Shown here: piece by piece, positions 56,939 through 64,000 of the stretch
How positions within the stretch are numbered: position 1 is the stretch's first letter
Layout: every line of letters begins with the position of its first letter
Source of the DNA: Pachysolen tannophilus NRRL Y-2460
Lineage: Eukaryota
NCBI GenBank assembly: GCA_001661245.1
Contig: KV454015.1
Coordinates: 413,465-477,464 of the forward strand
Direction: 5' to 3'
DNA length: 64,000 bases
Program-made: the position numbers and the translations under genes
Notes under the pieces: generated by a model
The model's input: the letters and a program-made list of their open reading frames with translations, nothing else
Told to the model about the DNA's origin: nothing
Database searches by the model: none

Positions 56939-57440
56939 ATTAGATTGATTTTAATTTTCCATTCTTTCTTTTTCATAAAGTTGTTCTCTTATAAAAAAAT
57001 CATTGAAGAACCCCTTTTCTTTTTTTTGTTTTGTTTTTTGTTTGTTTTATTCGAAATATAGTTTTCAATTAGTCCATTAAATTACCACCTTTTTATCTAT
57101 CTAGTAACCTCTCTTATAATCGATTGACCTTCTGGTAAAAAATTGATAAAATGAAAAACAGGTAGTGCATTAGTGTGATATAAAAGTTTTACCTAAAATG
57201 ACAAAAGGCCTTTCACAGGGCAAGATAGATTGATTAATAGATAGTTGTATCTTTTATCTTCTTGATTATTTTATATTGTATATAAGAGATTGTGTGAAGA
57301 AGTCTGATGAACTAGTTATAAAGAAGAATATAAATGATATAGATTTGGAGTTGTTGTTGTTGTTGTAGTTGTAGTTGTTTTTTTTTTTGGTAACCTATAA
57401 GAGGAAGGAAGAAAAGATTGTTCAGTAGACATAAAGCAGT

Positions 57441-59156
57441 ATGAATATAAATAAAATAGGTTCAAGGTATCGATGTATATATCGATCTACTAGAATATCA
57501 AGGATGTTCACTATAAACCAGCCAGTTTTATCAAGAATAACTGGTTTTAGATCGATAATTACCGAAGCAAATAATAAAAAGTATGATATACTCAAATTTT
57601 CATCATCATTTTTAAATTTAAGATATAGATCAACAGTTTCTACAATTGACAGCAAGGTTAAAGAAAATATTGAAAATAAGAATAATAATACTTTTGTAAT
57701 AGATACAGACTCACTGGATTCATTAGATGAAGCTCAAACTGGGTTATTTAAAATTTTAAAACCAATCACTCCAAATGATGCATACGTCAGTTGTACTATA
57801 TTTGATATTAATGGTAACGTTGTAGCTGTTTCAAAAAAATTCCCCAAAATGCAATTTTTATCAGAAAATGGACTTTACCCTCGTGATTTAAGGAAAATTG
57901 ATAGTTCAACTATTGATATTATACCGACAATAGCTGTAAGAAAAAATTGTATATTAGTTAATTTACTACATATAAAGGCAATTGTAAAATCAAACACAGT
58001 TATGATTTTTGATACTTCAACACCTTCAAGTGCTACCAAGTTAAGTTTATTTATGTATGATTTGGAATCAAAATTGAAAATTACACCTGCAGGATCTAAT
58101 AATAAATTGTTGGCAAATCCTTCACAACAATATTATTATGAATTTAAAGCTATTGAAAGTATATTGATTAACGTAATGACATGTCTTGAAACTGAATTAC
58201 AACTTCACTTGAATGTGTGTGGAACAATATTGGAAGAATTGGAAGATCAAATAGATAGAGATAAATTGAGAGAATTATTAATTAAATCAAAAGCATTAAC
58301 AACTTTTTATCAAAAGGCATTATTAATAAGAAATGTCTTGGATGAATTATTGGAAAATGATGAAGATTTGGGAGGAATGTATTTAACTGAAAATATGAAA
58401 AGAGAAAAACAATCAGTGCAAAATTTATCATCTGCTTCATCCACTGAGACCACTGGAAAAGATGATCCAGAAAATCCTACTGATAGAACTGATTTTGCAG
58501 AAATTGAGATGTTATTAGAAGCATATTATAAACAATGTGACGAATTCGTACAACAAGCTGAAACTTTGATAAATGATATAAAATCTACTGAGGAAATTGT
58601 TAATATCATATTAGATGCAAATAGAAACTCCTTAATGTTGTTTGAAATAAAAGTCACTATTTATACTTTAGGATTTACTGTGGCCACCGCTTTACCTGCA
58701 TTTTATGGAATGAATTTGAAAAATTACGTTGAAAATTCCAATTTTGGGTTTGGTCTGGTAATTTTTTGTTCTATTATAATGGCATTATGTGTTACTTTTT
58801 TAAATTTCTCCAAGTTAAGGTCTGTTCAAAGAATAACTATGATGTTGTCAAACTCTCTGGATACTAAAGTTGCAAGTAATGCGTCGAAGGCAGCTGCAGC
58901 TGCAGAGGCTACTAGAAAAGATGTTGAAGCACTGATGAACATTCAAAAATTAAATTTACACAATTATAGTGGGTTAAATCATAGTGTGAACGGTAGCTCA
59001 AATAACTCATTGGTGCATGAAGAAAGAAAAAAATTGAATGTCGCAATTAGCAGGTTTAGAAAATTTATAAGAAGAAATAAAAATGATACGGTTGATCCTA
59101 AGCAAAGGGATATGATCTGGAAATGGTTAGTTGATGAACAGAAAAATCAAAAATGA
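57441..59156 (+). CDS. MRS2: Mitochondrial inner-membrane Mg2+ channel (CorA family)
   Basis: Motifs 'GLYPRDLRKID', 'EMLLEAYY' and 'ILDANRNSLM', plus the YGMN signature and two TM helices. Syntenic with VMA4. Confidence 0.92.
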   Translation: MNINKIGSRYRCIYRSTRISRMFTINQPVLSRITGFRSIITEANNKKYDILKFSSSFLNLRYRSTVSTIDSKVKENIENKNNNTFVIDTDSLDSLDEAQTGLFKILKPITPNDAYVSCTIFDINGNVVAVSKKFPKMQFLSENGLYPRDLRKIDSSTIDIIPTIAVRKNCILVNLLHIKAIVKSNTVMIFDTSTPSSATKLSLFMYDLESKLKITPAGSNNKLLANPSQQYYYEFKAIESILINVMTCLETELQLHLNVCGTILEELEDQIDRDKLRELLIKSKALTTFYQKALLIRNVLDELLENDEDLGGMYLTENMKREKQSVQNLSSASSTETTGKDDPENPTDRTDFAEIEMLLEAYYKQCDEFVQQAETLINDIKSTEEIVNIILDANRNSLMLFEIKVTIYTLGFTVATALPAFYGMNLKNYVENSNFGFGLVIFCSIIMALCVTFLNFSKLRSVQRITMMLSNSLDTKVASNASKAAAAAEATRKDVEALMNIQKLNLHNYSGLNHSVNGSSNNSLVHEERKKLNVAISRFRKFIRRNKNDTVDPKQRDMIWKWLVDEQKNQK

Positions 59157-59426
59157 GTTCCTCCTTTTTGTTTTTATTTTTATTTTTAATTTTATTTCTT
59201 TCTGTATATATTGGTTTGTTAAGTTGTTGCTCAAAGGTGAAAGAAAACAACGTTTTGGTTTAGGTTTCTATCATTATAAATGGAGGGTTTTATTTTTTCT
59301 TTTATTTTTTTGTTTTTTGCTTTTGCTTTTGCAAAATTAATCTAAAGCTTATATATAGATTTTTCTTTATTATATATATATAATAATAATATAACTGCTT
59401 TTAGCCAACTGAAGGAACAAAAATGA

Positions 59427-61202
59427 TCATTCTTGATCATAAGGTACTTCATCTATAGAATTATTATAATCTTTGAATTCATCATCATCTTCGTCATCTA
59501 CGTTTAAAAAGAAAACTTGAATTGAACCGATTAAAGCAAGCAATGCTAAACTCCACCAAGTAAACCAACCAACTTCATGAGTATTTGACCAGCTCATGAT
59601 ACTACCCCAAATCAAAGGACCAAAAAACCTTCCTAATGCAATGCTTGACATTAAAACACCGTTTATAAAAGCTCTGTTTTTAGGCGGAGAAGCCCTATGA
59701 ACCAATAAATAAATTTCTGGGTAAGCATTTGCTTGGCCAAATGTCTTTAGCAAGAATAATGTGTATAAAGATACTGATGTTAAGTATGTATTTGTTGGTG
59801 ATATAAAGTTTGGTGGTAATGTAAAGATTAAAAATGGTAACATTAAATATGTTATGGGGAAGAATTGTAATAAGAATCTATAGCATTTCACTGGATCAAA
59901 ATTTCTATCCAAGAATGGGAAAACTAATATTACCATCAAAACACCTGCAAACCCAGTATATGATAATACTCTACCTATACTTGAAGAGTCGTAACCTAAT
60001 CCACCAACAATTTTAAAAGGAAATTTTGAAATCAATTTTGATGATGGATCATCTGGGGTTTCCCTGATTATTTCATAAGATAAAAATACTGGTAAAAATT
60101 CATCAAAGATTAAACAATGTGTAGACATTATAAAAGTAGAAAGTAAAGTATGTGATGTTGAAGGAAGCATTAAACTTTGCCAATTAGACAAATCTTTCAA
60201 TTGTTCTTTTGATAATACTGAGTTCGATTGGCTATAAGTTTCAACTAACAGATTTGATTGTTGCCTTGAAAGTATACTCATTGAGTTGGATGAATCCCCC
60301 TGAGAAAGAGTTTCTTCAATGTTTTCATTCAAATTAGCAGAATCATACAGGAAAGTATCTTCACTATTATCTATCAATAAAGATTCTTCTGATACTTCTA
60401 AAGGTCTTGAAATTTCAAAATTTTGTAATTCCCAAGGTCTTTTTGCAGGAATTTTAAATCCTAATTTTTTTCTTATTAAATCACCAATTTTTAAACCATA
60501 ATCAACTTTATATTTCAAATCAGGATGAGTTTCTTCTAAAAAAAAAGATAACAATAAAACTGAAAACAATAAAAAAATTGCAATAACAATATTTGATAAA
60601 CAATAAGGGTATTTTTCCAAGAGTTTATTTAAATATGGTATTTCAATTCCTCCCATTCCGAGTTTTATAAGGGAAAGATTATCTGTTTTAACTAAATAAC
60701 CGCTCATAGGTCCTACAACACATCCAATTTGCCATAATAATGGTATTGTTGAAAACGCTAATGCTTGGTGGTTTTTATTTACAGCAAGTTCACCCACCAC
60801 AGTTCTCACAACAGCTATATTACCATTAAAAGCTCCCATTAATGATCTCCCCAACAAAGCTTGATAATAATTTTTTGAAAACCCAAAAATTAAAATACTA
60901 ATCATCATACCAAATAACCCCATGATTAATACTTTTTTTCTACCAAATTTATCAGCAAAATATCCAAATTGAATACTAAATATAAATTCAAATAATGCAA
61001 ATGATGAAGATAAATAACCAACATATTTTGAAACTTCAGACTCATTTTTAGCAATTCCAAAATCTCTAACCATAAAATATACATAGGGGAAAAAAGAAGT
61101 AAAAGCAACAGGTTCTGCAAATCTTGCAACACTTATAAGAAAAATTTGCCATTTAGGAAACCCTCTTAATTGTTCTTTAAAACTAATTTTATTTGATCTC
61201 AT
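59427..61202 (-). CDS. MFS (DHA1-like) vacuolar membrane transporter, YCR023C-like
   Basis: 'SFKEQLRGFP…RFAEPVAFTSFFPYVYFMVRDF', MFS motif A 'GYFADKFGRK', and ~12 TM segments. Confidence 0.88.
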   Translation of the reverse strand: MRSNKISFKEQLRGFPKWQIFLISVARFAEPVAFTSFFPYVYFMVRDFGIAKNESEVSKYVGYLSSSFALFEFIFSIQFGYFADKFGRKKVLIMGLFGMMISILIFGFSKNYYQALLGRSLMGAFNGNIAVVRTVVGELAVNKNHQALAFSTIPLLWQIGCVVGPMSGYLVKTDNLSLIKLGMGGIEIPYLNKLLEKYPYCLSNIVIAIFLLFSVLLLSFFLEETHPDLKYKVDYGLKIGDLIRKKLGFKIPAKRPWELQNFEISRPLEVSEESLLIDNSEDTFLYDSANLNENIEETLSQGDSSNSMSILSRQQSNLLVETYSQSNSVLSKEQLKDLSNWQSLMLPSTSHTLLSTFIMSTHCLIFDEFLPVFLSYEIIRETPDDPSSKLISKFPFKIVGGLGYDSSSIGRVLSYTGFAGVLMVILVFPFLDRNFDPVKCYRFLLQFFPITYLMLPFLIFTLPPNFISPTNTYLTSVSLYTLFLLKTFGQANAYPEIYLLVHRASPPKNRAFINGVLMSSIALGRFFGPLIWGSIMSWSNTHEVGWFTWWSLALLALIGSIQVFFLNVDDEDDDEFKDYNNSIDEVPYDQE

Positions 61203-61824
61203 CTTTTCAATGAAAACAAATTCTTCAATTCTTAAGATGAAAAAAAAAACTATTCAATCATCTTCAATCCTACTTCTTACCTTATCAAACGCATTTAGAG
61301 CAATGGATATGGCTCTTATCACCAAACGATGAGTGTGCCAAAAAGAGAAAGAAGAAAACCAAACTGCGCGCAATATAAAGGAAACACGTGCGCATTTTAT
61401 AACGCTTTATTAAACCTTTATTGTGCACTGATAAATTACTAAATGCGCTTAAATAGCGGTATACATATAGAGCGCTGTATATTACCGCACTTGCGTGCGC
61501 ATTTTGTGTTTTTTTTTTTTAAATTTTTAATTTTTTTAATTTTTTTAAGCAGAAAATAAAAAAAAAAAAAACAAAAAAAAAAAACGAATTTCAACACACC
61601 TGCAAAATAACAAAACAAAGCAAAAAAAAAAATAACAAGATAATTTTTAAGTAAAAAAAAATTAGATTTAAAACAAAAGGAATTAACAATTGATTGGCCT
61701 TTACTTTACAATTTTTTTGTTTTATGAGTTGATGAGAGTTCAGGTTGGTTTAAGTAGGTTTTGGAGACGAATTTAGTGTTATAAAATAGTCAATAATTTC
61801 AATTTAATCAAGGGGCGGTACGCA

Positions 61825-64000
61825 ATGGAAACTTTAGAAGTTCGTTCGAAATCATTTATTATTAAATGGGTTGATGCTCCTGATAATTCTGTTATTCATT
61901 GGCAAATAAAGCCAATTAAGAAGTCTATAAATTTTTTGATTTATACTTATAAGGATGGGGAGAAACCGTTTCAGTTGGAATTGAGTAGTGGTGTTAACGC
62001 GGTGGTGGATAATAATTTTATTAATGGAAATGGTAATAATAGAATACATCATAATCTTAGAAAAAGATCAAATACAACACTTTCTACAATGTCAACGAAT
62101 TCAGCGGTTAGTTCATCTAATTTATCTTTGGAACAAAAATTGGAGAATGCTCGTTTAATAAAACATGAAATGATTGGGAAATGTGGTGGTGATGAATTGA
62201 TTAAAGGTGAAATACGAGTTGAAAAGGGTAATATTTTTGCTTTTGTATTTGATAATACATTTAGTAAAACAACTGCAAAGAAAGTTTTATTTACACAATA
62301 TGTTCATAATGAAAATGGTGGTGTTATAAATTGTAATACTGCAGAAATTTCTCAAGAATTAAATCATAATATTGAAAATAGTAATTCTATTGAAAATAAT
62401 AGACATTTTTCTCTTGCAGCTCCAACTTTATCACAAAGAAATTCTTTTGCTTATGATAAAAAAATTTCTACTTCATCTTCTTCATTATCTAATCATAAAT
62501 ATTCACCTGAAATTACTCCAACGAATATTAGATTTGAAATACCAGAATTATCCACAAGTAAATTAGAAGATGATGATACTATATTAAGAGTTAAAGGTGG
62601 GAAATATTTACAAGGATTTTTATTAAAAAGGAAAAGAAAAAGAACTGGGAAAAATTTTAATAAAAGATTTTTCACTTTAAATTTTAAATATGGAATTTTA
62701 AATTATTATTTAAATGATAAATCAAAACATGTTAGAGGTAATATGTTTATTAAATATGTTGCTATAACAGCAAGTCAAAGAGAAAAAATTATTGTTCTTG
62801 ATTCAGGTTTGGAAATTTGGACTTTAAAAGCATTGAGTGATGAAGATTTTAATGTTTGGGTTGCAGCTTTTAATCAAATAAAACAAGAAGGAAATAAAGA
62901 TATTTTACAATTTAATAGAAACCATAATCATGGTTCAATGGAAACAATGTTAGAAAATAATTCACAAATAGAATTGGAGCTGGAACAAGATGAAGATGAA
63001 AATAATAAAAATTTTGGTGTTATTCCAGATGAACAACTTGTTAAAAATTTACAAACTTTACAAAATAAATTGGAATCAATAAAATTTAACACTTCATCCT
63101 TAATTGAAAATTTGGAAAATTATTCATTAACTAATTCAGATCAGCAACCACCACCACAATCAACTACAAATATACCTCCTTTATCTTCATCTTCACTGCC
63201 ATCTGTAACTTTATCTAGAAAATCTTCATTTTGGAGAAGAAAGAAATCAATGGAAGGTAATACCTTAAGAGCAAGAAATAATTCTATTGATGATAGTTCA
63301 AGTACTTTCAAACCTGGTATAAACAATAACACTACAACGGCTGTTGTAGCAACAAATAACTTTAACCCTTATCTGTCATCAAGAGATATATATAAAGAAA
63401 TTGAAGAAATGGGTAAAATGCTACAACAAATAATTGATAAACAACAATTAAATCTTCAATTGACAAAACAAATATCTACAAAATCGACTACAGCCAATAG
63501 TATCTTTTCTCAGGAATTCTTTGATGCTAATGAATTTATGAATGAACTTAATAGTGGTGTGCTAATGTTAAGTGACGATTCTAATGATAGTTCAAGTGTT
63601 ACCAATAATAAAGGAATTGCATCTATTAATGGGAAAGTACCTAGGACTCCTTTAGGTGTAAGAGAAGATCTTTTATCATCAACAACAATCGAAGAGGTTA
63701 CATCAGTTATAAGTTCAAGTGAAGAAGATGATGACGATTTAAAGAAAATTGAACCAGTTAAACTGTCATCGACAATTTATGAAGAAGGTGATTTATATCC
63801 TTTAAGTTCCATTAAGACAAAAGTTAAAAGAAGAAATGACGTAAACCCTAGTACTGTTTCACCACCATCAATTATATCATTTCTTCGTAAAAATGTTGGT
63901 AAAGATTTGTCAACAATTGCTATGCCTGTTTCTGCTAATGAACCTTTAACATTATTACAAAAATATAGTGAAATTATGGAATATTGTAATTTGTTAGATG
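61825..64000 (+). CDS. OSH3: Oxysterol-binding protein homologue Osh3 (5' part; runs off the window and is absent from the ORF track)
   Basis: ATG at 61825. GOLD domain 'METLEVRSKSFIIKWV…FDNTFSKTTAKKV', PH domain 'YLQGFLLKRKRK…KRFFTLNFKYGILNYY', FFAT 'EFFDANE', and ORD start 'LRKNVGKDLSTIAMPVSANEPLTLLQ'. Confidence 0.93.
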   Translation, partial: METLEVRSKSFIIKWVDAPDNSVIHWQIKPIKKSINFLIYTYKDGEKPFQLELSSGVNAVVDNNFINGNGNNRIHHNLRKRSNTTLSTMSTNSAVSSSNLSLEQKLENARLIKHEMIGKCGGDELIKGEIRVEKGNIFAFVFDNTFSKTTAKKVLFTQYVHNENGGVINCNTAEISQELNHNIENSNSIENNRHFSLAAPTLSQRNSFAYDKKISTSSSSLSNHKYSPEITPTNIRFEIPELSTSKLEDDDTILRVKGGKYLQGFLLKRKRKRTGKNFNKRFFTLNFKYGILNYYLNDKSKHVRGNMFIKYVAITASQREKIIVLDSGLEIWTLKALSDEDFNVWVAAFNQIKQEGNKDILQFNRNHNHGSMETMLENNSQIELELEQDEDENNKNFGVIPDEQLVKNLQTLQNKLESIKFNTSSLIENLENYSLTNSDQQPPPQSTTNIPPLSSSSLPSVTLSRKSSFWRRKKSMEGNTLRARNNSIDDSSSTFKPGINNNTTTAVVATNNFNPYLSSRDIYKEIEEMGKMLQQIIDKQQLNLQLTKQISTKSTTANSIFSQEFFDANEFMNELNSGVLMLSDDSNDSSSVTNNKGIASINGKVPRTPLGVREDLLSSTTIEEVTSVISSSEEDDDDLKKIEPVKLSSTIYEEGDLYPLSSIKTKVKRRNDVNPSTVSPPSIISFLRKNVGKDLSTIAMPVSANEPLTLLQKYSEIMEYCNLLD

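Noticed and set aside
523..63332. Many short antisense or alternative-frame ORFs in the track
   Set aside because: They overlap well-supported genes, often start at TTG/GTG and translate microsatellite shadows; no recognisable motifs.
1..64000. CUG=Ser code; tRNA/rRNA genes, transposons, CRISPR
   Set aside because: Ser fits the low-complexity tracts but fits the SAPS 'ASxF' and MRS2 TM positions worse than Ala. No cloverleaf/B-box, LTR, transposase or repeat-spacer array was seen.

Overview
This is an AT-rich budding-yeast (Saccharomycotina) nuclear window with three N-gaps. It holds 22 complete protein genes and one partial: RRP9, a GPI cell-wall protein, SAP190/185-like, MRPS35, CDC25, DPS1, TYW3, SCS7, COG1, ZDS1, RCE1, GEM1, PRE10, SPC72-like, PRT1, BOL3, an orphan coiled-coil gene, GIN4, SCD5, MIP1, VMA4, MRS2, a YCR023C-like MFS and the 5' part of OSH3. 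Four genes have spliceosomal introns that the ORF track misses. Two signals stand out. (1) In-frame CTG codons fall where homologues have Ala or small residues rather than Leu, pointing to the CUG=Ala nuclear code (Pachysolen-like clade), so the supplied translations are probably wrong at CTG. (2) A box C/D snoRNA lies inside the MRPS35 intron, with a 14-nt guide to 25S rRNA at a site I do not know to be methylated in S. cerevisiae. Weaker leads are a ~700-nt structured intergenic region, a Gin4 lacking its KA1 domain, a motif cassette shared by two divergent promoters and a TGACAC cluster. All homology calls are from recalled motifs; no searches were run.
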